DNA of 64,000 nt from Octopus vulgaris (Eukaryota), in assembly GCA_951406725.2 (NCBI GenBank), contig OX597814.1, positions 215,946,001-216,010,000 on the forward strand, given 5' to 3'. Positions 39,245-52,453 of the stretch are shown here, one piece after another. Within the stretch, counting starts at the first letter, position 1, and the number at the start of each line of letters is the position of its first letter. The position numbers were made by a program, and so were the translations under genes. Under the pieces are notes generated by a model, which worked only from the letters and a program-made list of their open reading frames with translations, was not told the DNA's origin and did no database searches.

Positions 39245-42200
39245 GGTCACTTTAGAGTGCTACTGGTAACATGTAGCCCAGTACAACCTGTTGCATGGTA
39301 GGGTCGTCGGCGACTATACCGGCAACCCCACCAAGCTTGCTTGGTGAGGAGGATGTTTATTGGACACCTTGTGGGATGAAAAACAAAACCCATCAAAGGG
39401 CGGAGGAACTCTTGAGAGTCAACAGCCTTCCAATAAATGCCTTAAGGCTGTATCATGCACGGGGACATAGAAATAATCGGACTAAATACCCGATCGTGCA
39501 GTTAAACCATTGGGAGTGAAGGACTCCTAGCCTTTGTTAGGGCATCCTTCTAGGAGAAGGTAACTCAAGTAACTGGGATAACTCCAACATAAAACCTGCG
39601 GCTCAGTGGTTACCGATGATGTTGACTTGTTCTTCTTTATGTATTATGGCTGATGTTGCTTAGTGAGTGGGATTGACTCAGTGCACAGCCTTTCCTCACT
39701 TTAAAAAAAATCTTCTTGCACAGGCATTGCAAGTTGAAAGAGTCTGGCCCGGCAGGGGCTCCAGAGCATCACAGTCTGAACCCGGCCGTCATCATGCTAC
39801 TGTGATAGAACCAAAGAAAATATTGAATATTGGCTGTTGGAATGTACGGACACTGCTTGACCGCAAGTCCTCTGAATGTCCTGAAAGAAGGACTGCGCTT
39901 GTTGCGAAGGAGCTTCAATGCTATGATCTTGACATCGTTGCTTTATCTGAGACGAGATTACCTGGAGATGGTCATCTTACAGAATCTTGTGGAAAATATA
40001 CATTCTTTTGGAAAGGGAGGAATGAAGAGTTTAGAGAAGCTGGAGTGGCATTTGCTGTTAAGACTACTCTTGTGGACAAGTTGGAAGAATTCCCAGTCAG
40101 AATTAATGAGCGTCTTATGTCCATTAGAATTCCTTTGGTTAAAGGAAATTATCTGACCTTGATGAGTGTGTATGCTCCAACTATGTGCTATACTGATGAC
40201 GAAAAACTTTCTCTCTACCATGCTTTGAAGTGTATTATAAGAAATATCTCTCGGGCAGATAAAGTCATCGTACTGGGTGACTTTAATGCTAGAGTGGGTT
40301 GGGATTTTAACACATGGACTGTAATTGGAAAGCATGGGGTGGGGAAGTGTAATAGTAATGGCATGCTTTTGCTGCAGATGTGTGAGGAGCTGCGTCTGTG
40401 TGTTACCAATACCATGTTTCAACAAAAGAATAAGTTTAAGATGCATCCTGCATCTAAAGAATGGCATATTCTGGATTACATCCTTGTTAGGGTGCATGAC
40501 AGACAGGATGTGCAGTGTGTTCGTGTTCTTCGTGGAGCTGAGTGTTGGACTGACCACTGCCTAGTACGTGCAAAAGTGAAATTAGTCACAAAACATAAAA
40601 TCCGAGCTGCAGGGATGACCCTGCCTAAAAGACTGAATGTTGATTGTCTTAGGTGTAATAGTGTGAAGAGAACTTTACGATATTGGGAAGGATTGATCGA
40701 CAGCTTAAAAAGTCAGTTTATGATATAGGCACGAAAGTTCTGGGATTGATACAAAGAAAGCATCAAGATTGGTTTAAAGAAAATGATGAACATATAGATG
40801 ATTTATTGGTTGACAAAAGACGTACTTTGTCACGCTATTTGTCAGCAAAGCCACAGGAAAGGGAAGTGTTGCATAGGGAACTCAAAGACGTAAAATCACA
40901 TGTGTGGCAAAGGCTCTCTCAGATGTTTGGTAAGATATGGACTAGTGAATCTGTACCTGAGGACTGGAGAGATACAGTAATGGTGGCCTTGCATAAGGGA
41001 AAGGGCAACAGGAATGATTGTGGTAATTATAGGTGAGTATCATTGCTGTTTGTCGTAGGAAAGGTTTTATGCAGGGTACTTCTGGATCGTCTGCTGAAAT
41101 ACGTTGCAGATTGTGTTCTTCCAGAAAGTCAATCTGGCTTTCATGTGGGACGTGGCAGTGCTGATATGATCTTTTCAGCTAGACAGCTTCAGGAGAAGTG
41201 TGTGGATTTGTATCAGGTTTTTGTCGATCTGACAAAAGCCTTTGATACTGTCAATAGAAAAGGATTGTGGAGAGTCCTCAAGATAATTTGGGTGTCCTGA
41301 AAAGTTCCTTGCTTTGGTTAGGTCTTTTCATGAAGACATGAATGGAAAGGTGAATGCTAAAGGGAAAATGTCGGAGCCCATTTCAATACAAAATGGAGTG
41401 AAACGGGGATATTTTGGCACCGACCCTATTTGCCATATATTTTGTGATGGTGTTCTGTATTGCATTCAGAAACTGCAGATACGGTGTTTACATCCATTAT
41501 CGAACCTCTGGCAGCATATTTAATATCAGGCGCTTTGCTGCAAAAACAAAGGATTTACCTCTATCATAAGAGACCCTTTGTATGCAGATGATTGTGATCT
41601 AGTAGTGCACACAGATTGATATGCAACACATTTTGAATGCATTCTCTGATGCTTGTAGTGCCTTAGGATTGACAGTCAATCTCAAGAAAACAGTTGTCAT
41701 GTACCAACCTGCCCCTGGTAAGCAGTATAGTGTACCAAATATCTATGTGTATGGTAAACGACTTGATGTACTTGATCAGTTTATCTATGTGGGAGGCACT
41801 ATTAATAGATATAGCAATTTGGATGATGAAATTCCATATAGGTTTAGGAAAGCAAGTGTTGCTTTCGAAAGGCTAGAAAAGCGCCTCTGGAGTCGGCGAG
41901 ACATATGCAGAAAGACAAAGATAAAGGTGTACAAGGCATGTGTGCTCCCTTCTCTTCTCTATGCTGGTGAGACATGGGTCACATATCAATACCACTTTAA
42001 ACAACTGGAACGTTTCCATCAGATGTGTCTCAGACGGATCTATGGCATTAAGGAGGAGGACCGCATCAGTGATCTTGAAATATTGGAAGGCTCTCAGTGT
42101 GAAAGTATAGAAGCTCTTGTGTTAAAGCAAAGGCTCAAATGGAGTGGTCGTCTGGTCAGGATGAAGGATTCAAGGATGCCAAAACAACTCTTTTATGGAG

Positions 42201-42826
42201 AGTTAGCTAAAGGAGAACGACCTGCACATAAACCAAAAAAGAGGTATAAGGACTTGCTGAAGGCTTCCTTAAGAGATGCTTGCATCTCTCCTGACACATG
42301 AGAAGGCATAGCTATTGATCGTAGCAGTTGGAGAAGGATTGTGCATGAGGGGACAGCCACTTTTGAGAAATCTCGAGTTGCACATGAGAAAGTAAGGTGA
42401 GATATCAGGAAGGGCATCACTGTTACACTTCCAGATGGGAAGGTTCTTCCTATGATGCTGACATGCAGTGTCTGTGCAAGACCCTGCCTCAGTAAAGCTG
42501 GACTCAAGAGTCATCTTCATAGTCATAAAACGAGACAGATGAGTGACAACCTGGCCACTGGTGGTGGTGTAACACACCATACTAATCATATCTGTCGGGC
42601 ATGTGGAAAAGAGTGTAATTGGGCAGAGGGGCTTAAACAACATGCAAAGGTACATGAAGCCCAGTTGCAACTACAGCTGGCTATTACAGGTAAAGGTTTT
42701 AGTTGCCAATTCTGTTCAAGACATTGTAGATCTTTAGCTGGGCTAAAACGTCACACTCGATCACAGCACCAATAACAGTTAAGCTTCGTGCAATGGCCAT
42801 ACTCGATAACGAGGGGGCAGCCATCA
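39245..42826 (+). mobile_element. RTE-clade LINE with intact ends but internal deletions and frameshifts (APE-RT-3xC2H2)
   Basis: NIGCWNVRTL, ALSETR, VYAPT, LGDFNARVG, LDYILV, TDH; QSGF, FVDLTKAFD, LYADD, LLYAGETW, LKWSG; three C2H2 fingers; (ATGT)n tail. Confidence 0.93.
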
Positions 42827-43289
42827 TGTATGCGTGTATGTATGCATATGTGTTTGTATGCATGTCTATATGCATGTGTATGTATGTATGTATATATGTA
42901 TGTATGTGTGTATGTATGTACATATACAAGTACGTTTGTATGTATGTAAGTTTTGTTCCTGTTCCTCTTCAGCAAGTTCAAGCCGGTTGCTAATGAAGCG
43001 ACAAGAGTTTTTGAGTTAAAAGAGTTCCCAGCGTTTGTAAGTGTGTGGTTGAGTTGGAGTGCAGGTTGAACTTTTGATGCCCAGACTCAAGCACGTGCAT
43101 CTATTCACCTAAAGAATCTCAGATGGTAAATCTTTAGAATGTCTTACAAAATCTTCACTGTGCCACGCAGAGATCGGATTTTGGAGGTCTCTTTTGATCT
43201 TTCTTCGGAAAAGACTAACATTTCCAGGTGGTTGTGTAAGTGTGTAAGCACATATCCTAATGCACCTATGATTATAGGTACAAACGAGA

Positions 43290-45330
43290 ATTTATAGTCA
43301 GGGTAGAAGCAGTGAAGAAGATGTTTTCCAAAGTCCTACAGCGTGATGGTCAGACTTGAGGTATACCAGATTGCCAGACAGTGTGTCAGAGAAAAGCAGG
43401 ATATTGTAGAAGAGAACTGTGAGTGGATGGATAATGGTATGCTTGCACTCAGTGATGTGGACAAGAGAGAAGCGTGGAAAAGTTACTATGCCAGACTGTT
43501 GAATGTAGAGAACGAATGGGATAAAGGGAGTTTCCGTCATGTGATCCCAACAGATGGACCGGCTATCCTAGTGGACAGCGGTGTGACGGAAAAGGCAATT
43601 AAAAACAAGAAAACATGGGAAAGCCCCAGGTGCATCTAGAATCACAACAGAGATGCTCAAAATATCCGGTAAGGCAGGTTATGGGCTTGTCCCCTACATA
43701 ATTAATTAAGTCATTGAGGAAGGTGTAATACCCAGTGACTGGCTTTGCAGCATCATTGTTAGCTACAATAGGGATAGAAGCAATTACAGAGGCATCAACC
43801 CCTGGACCAGGTGAAGAAAATTACATAGAGAGTTATGGCCCAGAATTTGGCTTGACCAAATGCATTTCAGCTTTGTCCAACGAAGAAGCACTTCTGATGC
43901 TATTTTCATAATCAGGCAATTTCAAGTGAAGAATAAAACATTATAATTGGCATTTGTTAATCTAGAGGAATCTTTTGATAGAGTGTGCCGCTGTGTGATA
44001 CGGTGGGCTCTGAGGAGGATAGGGATAGACGAGTGACTGGTGAAAGCTGTACAGACTGTGCACAAAGACACCATGAGTACGGCAAAGAATTAGGTGTAGA
44101 GGCAGGAGTTCATCAAGGCTCAGTCCTTAGTCCCCTCCTTTTCATCATTGTCCTCTAGGCCACCTAGGTAGGTAGCCATGTTCAATTTGTAGTAAAAGTG
44201 TAAGGGGGAACTCTCTATGGTGTGTCCAATGAAAGCTATGGTCACACAAGAAGTACAGTAGGTTAATTGGAAGGTTTCCGTATATAGAAGATGCGCAGGG
44301 TCCATCAAAACTTTAGCGACCTGGGAAATTGAGATTCTCAAATGCCCTGGTGGCACCTTAGTGTTATTAGATAATCTCTGAGACCTACGGGGCCAAATTA
44401 GTAATAGGGGAGGATGCACAGAAAGTGTAATAGCTAGAATAAGAATAGGATGAAGGAAATTCAGAGAGCTCTATTGGCCATGAAAGGTTTCTCTGTTTCA
44501 AAGAAAGATTGTATGATACATGTATACAGACAACAATTATACATGATTGTGAGATGTGGGCCCTAAATGAAAAGGACATGTGAAGGTTAGAGAGGAATGA
44601 GGCTAGTATGCTCTGCCAGGTGTGTAATGTAAGCGTACATTTTCTACAGAGTGCCAGTATTCTGAGAGAGAAGTTAGGCATAAGAGGAATTGGCTGCTGT
44701 GTGCAACAGAAGACTGTGCTGGTATGGTTATGTGATGCGGGTTGATGCCGACAGCTCTATAAAGAAGTGCATTTCTCTCAAAGTGGATGGAGGACCGGGG
44801 AAGACATGGAATGAAGTGCTGAAGAACGACCTCAGGATGCTGAACCTTTCAGGTGAGATGACAAAGGACCACGACACCTGGCACCTGGCCTCAGTCAAAA
44901 GCCTACTACCTTGTAACAGAAGTTTTAAGACCAATCCTTTTGGTTGTATGCAACAATTGCTGGGGTACTATGTGAAAGCGCTCACATGGTACCACTTAAA
45001 AGTGCCCCGTGTCATGATATGTAAAAGTGCCCATGAAACAATACGTAAAAGCACTTATGCAGTGCCACTTAAAAGCATCATTTCATGTAAAGTGCTCATG
45101 CGTTGTCAGGTAAAGAGCCTTATGGCATTACATAAAAGCACTATTGTGGTGTCACCTAAAAGAGCCCATGTGGTGTCAGGTAAAAGCATTCAGCAAAGTC
45201 TGCAAAGTGTTAGGAAGGGCATCCAGTCATAGAAACCAAGCCAAATCCAACTGGAGCCTGGAGCAGCCCACTTCCAGCTTGCGATCTCTGGTCACACCTC
45301 CAATGATTGCCAACATGGACAACTGACATT
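43290..45330 (+). mobile_element. Old, heavily decayed RTE-like LINE
   Basis: AWKSYYARLLNVEN, NYRGI, GVHQGS and RRLCWYGYVMR remnants, with a related 3' tail. Confidence 0.75.
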
Positions 45331-46582
45331 AAAGGCTGTTCATAATGTTGATTCAATAGGTAGAAAACCAACCCCAATACCAATCCACTGAACTCTTTAG
45401 AGAGCTTTCGCACAAAATAGGCCAACAGCAGCAGCAAAACATGCAGCTGAGATCAGATAATCCCATTTCTCAGATTACAAAATGTTGGGAAACACAAAGA
45501 CAACGACAGCTGAGTCATCATGACTATAGAGAGCATTGGTTACAAAGACAAAAACAACAACTGCAGCAACAAGCATAGAAAGAAGAACAGCAACAACAAT
45601 AAAGAGATCAGGGTTAGAGGAGAAAACCAGGACAGTGAAAATTACAACAAAGACAACAGGAGCTGTCGGAATCCATCCACATCACATGACCAAACCAGCA
45701 CAGTCACCTCCTTTGCACACAGCAACAAATTCCCTTTTCTGCCTAACTTCTCTCTCAGAACACTGGCACTCTGTCGAATAAGTACACTCACATTACACAT
45801 CCAGTGGAGCAGACTAACCTCATTCTTTTCTAACCTTCTTATGTCCTCTGCATTCAGGGCTCACGTCTCACTACCGTGTGGAGTAATTATCTCTCTCTGA
45901 GGCACACAAGTGCTAGGGACATAAAAGCACCCAGTAAACTCTGCAAATGTTATTGCATTAAGAAGGGCATCAAGTCATAGAAATCCCACCAAAGCAGATA
46001 CTGAAGTGCAATGCAGTCCTTGCAGCCAATGGATCCTATCAAACTGTCCAACCCAGCCTGGAGAAAGGATGCTACATAACGATGATGACAAGAAGATCAT
46101 GGTGATATATAACCAAGGGAGTTAGAAGCTGATGCACAAACACACATCACTAATTGCACAGCTACCCATAGCAGAAACAACTGTAAGCCAATGAAGTTGA
46201 TTTAGTAATTAGTGTTCCTTTACCTTTACTTCTATTAATTCCTTATATTAATTCATATATATATATATATAATTATTATTTCAGGGAATAAAATCCCAAC
46301 TTACTAGGAAAAAGAATTCAATTTAGAAATACTAAATCAAATTCCACACAATATAATATATATATAAAATATTAGAAAAAAACCCACCTTTTAACAATTC
46401 AAAATAAATAATTAAATTACACCATCTAGAAAATTACATATAATAGAAAAGTTAAAATTAAATTAACAACGGCGGTGCATCAGCATGGCCACAGCTCTGA
46501 GATGAAACTAGAAAAATAAAAAATTTTTAAGTGAAGATTAAGTAAATTACAAAAATAATATAATGTATATAATAGGTAGAAA

Positions 46583-46673
46583 AACGACACGTGTTTCACT
46601 GCTATATTTATTTAAGAAATGATTATAGTAGTAGAGAAATCACTTGTATATAAATATAGTCGCTCATCAGGTT
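46583..46673 (-). ncRNA. Type I hammerhead ribozyme motif with palindromic helix III
   Basis: AAC-CUGAUGA-long stem II (CUAUAUUUA/UAAAUAUAG)-GAAA-CACGUG-UC-GUU. Confidence 0.7.
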
Positions 46674-46716
46674 AAAAATATAATAGAACAGCAAAATAAT
46701 TAATTAATAAATATAC

Positions 46717-46756
<40 letters not shown>

Positions 46757-47078
46757 GAAAATTCTAAATATACATAATTGAAAAATAAAATAATACTTCA
46801 ATAATTAAATACTTTAAAATTAAATAAAATACTCAAAGCTATTACAAGTCATTAAATTGTAATCAAAATAAGAAATGTTTCAAATATAGACAAACTACTT
46901 ACATAAGCTAACCATATAATAAATATACATGTGTAGTATCTATAGATTTCATATTACAAACTATAACAAAATAGACTAAATATCAAATAATATAATACCT
47001 AATTAACTTCAATTTAGTATTACAAATACATAATCCACCTATATATCAATAAATAATATAATATATTATAATATATAT

Positions 47079-48649
47079 CATCATTTAACGTCCGTTCTCC
47101 ATGCTAGCATGGGTTGGACGGTTCGACCGGGGATCTTGGAAGCCAGAAGGCTGCACCAGGCTCCAGTCTTATCTGGCAGTGTTTCTACAGTTGGATGCCC
47201 TTCCTAACACCAACCACTCCGTGAGTGTAGTGGGTGCTTTTTACGTGCCACCTGCACAGGTGCCAGGCGAGGCTGGCAATGGCCACGGTCGGATTGGTGC
47301 ATTTTACGTGCCACTGGCACGGAAGCCAGTCGAGGTGGCACTGGCATCGGCCACGATTCGGATAGTGCTTTTTACGTACCACCAGTCCAGGGGTCCTGGC
47401 ATCTGCCGGGTGCCAGTCATAGGATTGGTTCAATTTCGATTCCCATTTCGATTTCACTTGCCCCAACAGGTCTTCGCAAGCATGGGTGCCTGTCATCGGA
47501 TGAGGTTCGATATCGACTTTGCTTGCCTCAACAGGTCTTTGTGTGTCCAAGGGAGGAAGGGCATGCATAAGTGGGCTGGACTCACTTGTCCTGCCTGGTC
47601 TTCTCACGCACAGCATATTTCCAAAGGTCTCGGTCACTGGTCATTTCCTCAGTGAGGGCTAAAGTTCAAAGGTCGTGCTTCACCACCTCGTCCCAGGTTT
47701 TCCTGGGTCTACCTCTTCTACGGGTTCCCTCAACTGCTAGGGATTGGCACTTTTGCACACACCTATCCTCATCCATTCTCGCCACATGACCATACCAGCG
47801 CAATCGTCTCTCTTGCACACCACAACTGATGCTTCTTAGGTCCAACATTTCTCTCAAGGTACTAACGCTCTGTCGAGGATGCACACTGACATTACACATC
47901 CATCGGAGCATACTGGCTTCATTCCTTGCGACCTTACGCATGTCCTCAGCAGTCACGGCCCATGTTTCACTGCCATGTAGCATGGCTGTTCGTACACATG
48001 CATCATACAGTCTGCCTTTTACTCCGAGCGAGAGGCCTTTAGTCACCAGCAGAGGTAAGAGCTCCCTGAACTTTGCCCAGGCTATTCTTACTCTAGTAGT
48101 TACACTTTCAGTGCACCCACCCCCACTACTGACTTGGTCACCTAGATAACGGAAGCTATCAACTACTTCTAGTTTTTCCCCCTGGAAAGTGGCGGAAGTT
48201 GTTTTATGCAGATTTTCAGAGTTTATTGCTCCTGAGCATCTTCCACATACAAAAACTATCTTCCCAGTTAGCTTTCCTTTGACATTGCTGCACCTCTTAT
48301 GTGTCCATAGCTTACACTGGGTACATCTTATAGAGTTTCTACCTACACCCTTTCTACAGATTGAGCAGGGCCATCTTCCTGAAGACATTTGTGGTTTGTC
48401 TACCTTCCTACTTATTAGTACTTTGGTTTTAGCTAGGTTGATTCTAAGGCTCCTCGATTCTAATCCCTCCTTCCACACCTGGAACTTCTCCTCCAGTTCT
48501 GATAGTGACTCACCAATTAGAGCAAGATCGTCAGCATAGAGGAGCTCCCAGGGGCAACCTGTCTTGAATTCCTCCGTAATTGCCTGGAGGCCTATGATAA
48601 ATAGGAGGGGGCTGAGGACTGAACCCTGGTGGACCCCTACCTCTACTTT
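47079..48649 (-). mobile_element. 5'-truncated RTE-like LINE with a PHD-like insertion after the RT core; coding part uninterrupted
   Basis: GVHQGSVLSPLLF, LLYADD, INLAKTK, CSIC..CTQC..H..C..CGRC, FRYLG, RRGRPRKTW, with a (GAT)n tail. Confidence 0.92.
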
Positions 48650-49322
48650 ATATATATATATATATAATAGCGAGAATAATATGTTAATGGAAAGTAAGAA
48701 ACCTATCAACCCCAAATTAAAGAAAGGTGCTAAAATATTCAAACCAAAGAACAATACACTATGAAGATGTAGAATCACAATCACCAGTCCTCTACCAAAC
48801 CAGTCAATTACATTAACAATAATAAAAACGATCAAAGTCAAAATAATAGCAAGAGCTAACTAATATTGATAAGCAAACTAAATTACTAAGTTCAACGATT
48901 CTGATTTTAAAAAGATCAGCATCTAATTAATCAACTCAATCGATTTCATTCATGAAAATACAATCAAAACTTTGAAAAAGTACAAATACACTCAAATCCA
49001 TTATATACACTCGTTATATTAATATCCATGTATAAAATCTATAGATTTAATATATCACACGATAAAAAGTTAAACATAAACATTATATTAAAATAAAAAC
49101 TAGTTTATTTAAAGAAAGTACTATTTAATGAAAATATTATCTAATTATAATAAGAAATAAAGTCTAACCATTATAAATTCTCAAATTAAATGGTATGTAA
49201 AACATAAAATCTTTTATAACAATTAAACATCGGACGTAAAAAATACCATCAAGAAACTATGAATAAATAAAAATATTACATTATTCATTTTGAATTGTTA
49301 AAAGGTGGGTTTTTTTCTAATA

Positions 49323-49364
<42 letters not shown>

Positions 49365-49545
49365 ATAAATATTAGGGAATAAATCCAAATTTACAGGGAA
49401 AAATCAGATTTAGGATTGAATCCAATTTTATAGTAAAATATTATATTATATTAATTAGAGACAAAACCACTATTATGCAAATCAAACAAAGAAAGACTTA
49501 AGCCAATGCATAAAAAATATTATATAAATTAAATATAATTAAAAT

Positions 49546-49599
49546 AACCACTACGATCGTTTCGTGTCAGCACTTCTATGAGACATTCTTCAGGTGGTT
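49546..49599 (-). ncRNA. Type I hammerhead ribozyme
   Basis: Exact reverse complement of 49641-49694. Confidence 0.8.
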
Positions 49600-49640
49600 T
49601 CAAAACCTTTAAAGTTTAAAACTTGCAAAGAAGGTTTTGA

Positions 49641-49694
49641 AACCACCTGAAGAATGTCTCATAGAAGTGCTGACACGAAACGATCGTAGTGGTT
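49641..49694 (+). ncRNA. Type I hammerhead ribozyme
   Basis: AACCAC-CUGAAGA-AUGUC...GACAC-GAAA-CGAUCG-UA-GUGGUU: 6-bp stem I, intact core, palindromic helix III, GUA cleavage triplet. Confidence 0.8.
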
Positions 49695-49788
49695 ATTTTA
49701 ATTATATTTAATTTATATAAAATTTTTTATGTATTGGCTTAAGTCTTTCTTTGTTTGATTTGCATAATAGTGGTTTTGTCTCTAATTA

Positions 49789-49822
<34 letters not shown>

Positions 49823-50359
49823 CTAGCAGAGACACCCACCTAGCATTGCTTGGGATTAAAATGGTATAGATTTTTATTGTTTTATATGTTTTAGTCACAT
49901 GACTCCAGCCATGCTGGTGCACCACCTTAAAGTTGAAGAAATCAACTACAGGATTTATTCTTTGTAAGCCTAGTACTTAGTCTATCAGTGTACTTTGACA
50001 AATAGCTAAGTTATGGGGATATAAGCACAGTAAAATCAGTTGTCAATCAATGGTAGGGGTAGAAACACAGACACACACACATATGCATATATATACAGAC
50101 ACACATATATAAATATATAACAATAATTTAAATCCCTTTCTGTGTGTGTAAAAGATTATAACGGCCGTATTTTTCAACTGATTTTCTCCAAACTGTGAAC
50201 ATATATTACTTATGTTCCAGGTGTGGTGTCAGACTCTTAAAATTCTTCAAATAATGAGTAACGGGCCCCTTGGGGGCAGAAAACATCCATTCCTGGGTTA
50301 TGTTGAGAAGGGACATAACTCTTTGTGAAGTAAGTTTCAGAAATTGATTGTCTCCTTTA

Positions 50360-51546
50360 CAATAGCTCTTAGTTTCAGGGCTGAACCTGGATACCTCCTC
50401 CCAAGATGGTCTTGCTGCTTCCTGCTGCAGCCACTCTACCACTGGCCATAAATCGGCATCTTCCGTATGTCCCCTCTGTACTTCTCCAGTTGATACATAA
50501 CCAGTCACTGTAGTATGTTTGCTCTTTGTACTTTGCACTTTTCTTCCTGCACAATGCTTGCAGTCCAATTCACAAGGATGACGACTCAAACTGTCCGTAT
50601 CACCATGTACCTGCCCCGGACGGTGCTGAACCTCATAGTTGTGTTGGTCCAGTTTTCCTAGCCGGCATGTTAATTGTCCCTCCGGGTTCTGTAGTGTCTT
50701 CAGCCACTTGAGTGCTGCATGGTCCGTTCTGATGGTAAAGTGCGAACAGTACAGGTGCGGATGGAAAAAGTTGATGCTCCTCATCACCGCCAAAAGCTCC
50801 TCACGGGTTACACAGTAGTTCCGCTCAGGTGGGCTAAGCTTTTTACTGTGATACGCCACCACATATTCCTTGTCGCCCTTCCTCTGTAGCTTGTGTAACG
50901 GTGCAGCCAACGTCGCAAAGTTTCCTATGAGGCACCTATAATAGGTGCCCAGTCCTAAGAGACTTCTCAATTCCTTTGCACCAGTAGGAACCAGCCAATC
51001 CTTCACTGCTACTTTACTTAGCACTCTATGCCCCACATAGCATCTCACTGTACCGTCTCCATTCTGTACGACAACAATGACTGACGACCAGGGACTGCTT
51101 GGCCTTTTCACTACTCCCTTCATTTCCCGCCGCTGCACTGGGACCATCCTCCGAGCTCGCTGCTTCATTGAGCGATGGCCACCTGGGTCGATATAGTGCT
51201 CCACCAGGTCCGTGCGACCAACGTCCAGATGTCCTGCACACCTTGCCAGCAGCTGCTTCATCCACAACACCCGAGTGCCATCCAAGAACCAGCGACTCAG
51301 TGTGAACCGCTCCTGAAACTGCACAGATAGACCACCACCTCCTTCAACTGCCCTCCTATAGTGACGCAACTGACCCTGCCACTGGTCCACTGCCTGGCAC
51401 AGTCCCATGATTTGACCTCTAAAAACCGCTTGTGCCACTTCCAAGAAATTGGCTGACCCAACCAGCGCTTTATCAGCTCCTGCCTCTACCAGGGTCCGTC
51501 CGACCCTCACTCGAGCTTTCACCGTGCACTGCCTGTCGGGCTCCAC
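50360..51546 (-). mobile_element. Internally deleted Ty3/gypsy pol relic
   Basis: SSPWSS, ELRSLLGLGTYYR, VVAYHSKKLSPPERNYCVTREELLAV, TDHAALKWL and HRPG..H..DSLSR motifs. The YxDD core is absent. Confidence 0.85.
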
Positions 51547-52345
51547 ATAAGTGCTACTGGTAACGTGGAATCCAGTACAACATGTTGCATGGTTGGGTTG
51601 TTGGTGACTAAATCAGCACCCCACCAGGCTACCCTGGTGACAAGGGTTCCCAGAAACCTAGCAGGTTTGAAAACAAGACCTGTTGAAAGGTTGGATGAAT
51701 CTAGTGCAGGCTAAACAGCTATCGAGCATATGAAGTAAAAATATTGGTGAAAAGGATAAATAAATAAAGATTGATATATCTATTAAAAATCATATTAGAT
51801 TTAAGGTTTACAAAACGTTGAATTAAGGATTAAAAGTTGTAAGATACATTGGCAGTAGTGAGAAATCCTAATGATGGATTTAAAAGTTTAGAGGAGTTCT
51901 AAAGAAATCTTTATAGAAAGTTATAACATCAATATGAAGCAATTCGATGGTTGTTTCTGGAGTGCATTAGTGAACAGGTATGGATCTTTTGGTGTCACAC
52001 TGACAATGTCTCCTCCGTCAGGAATAAGTAAATAGGTAATTAATTATGTTTGAAGACATGTAAGAGGAGAGAAAAGAAAACTTTAGTTTACATTACGTTA
52101 GGCGCCGGCTACTCTATCAGATACTGAACACTTTTACAATGACTCATGTTTATACATGAAAGGAGATATCTAGTGTAGAATGTTGGGGAAATTCTTTTTA
52201 AAAAATGAGAAGAAGCAGGGCTGTGGAATACTTCATTTCTTATATTTCATGGTATAGAGTTTCATGAAACATGAGTGAAATTTATATATATTTTATTTTT
52301 ATATTTTATTTCTATTTTTTTTTCTTCTACCTTCTTGTGTATATG

Positions 52346-52387
<42 letters not shown>

Positions 52388-52453
52388 GGTCCCGGGTTGA
52401 GTCGGGGTTAACCACAGTAAATAAGGTACTCAATACATAGCAGAGTAAATTAA

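Larger units (their letters stand above)
49442..49798. repeat. Near-perfect inverted repeat (168-bp arms, 21-bp spacer), PLE-derived
   Basis: Arms 49442-49609 and 49631-49798 with two mismatches seen. Flanked by (TA)n. Confidence 0.9.

Noticed and set aside
39257-39310. Twister or HDV-like ribozyme assignment
   Set aside because: Lacks the twister L4 AAGC/GAG elements and the HDV P1/P3/L3 pattern. Kept only as an unassigned structure.
48650-48841. Hydrophobic N-terminus fused to RT in the 391-aa ORF
   Set aside because: Chance read-through from AT-rich flank and a (TA)n tract beyond the LINE truncation point.
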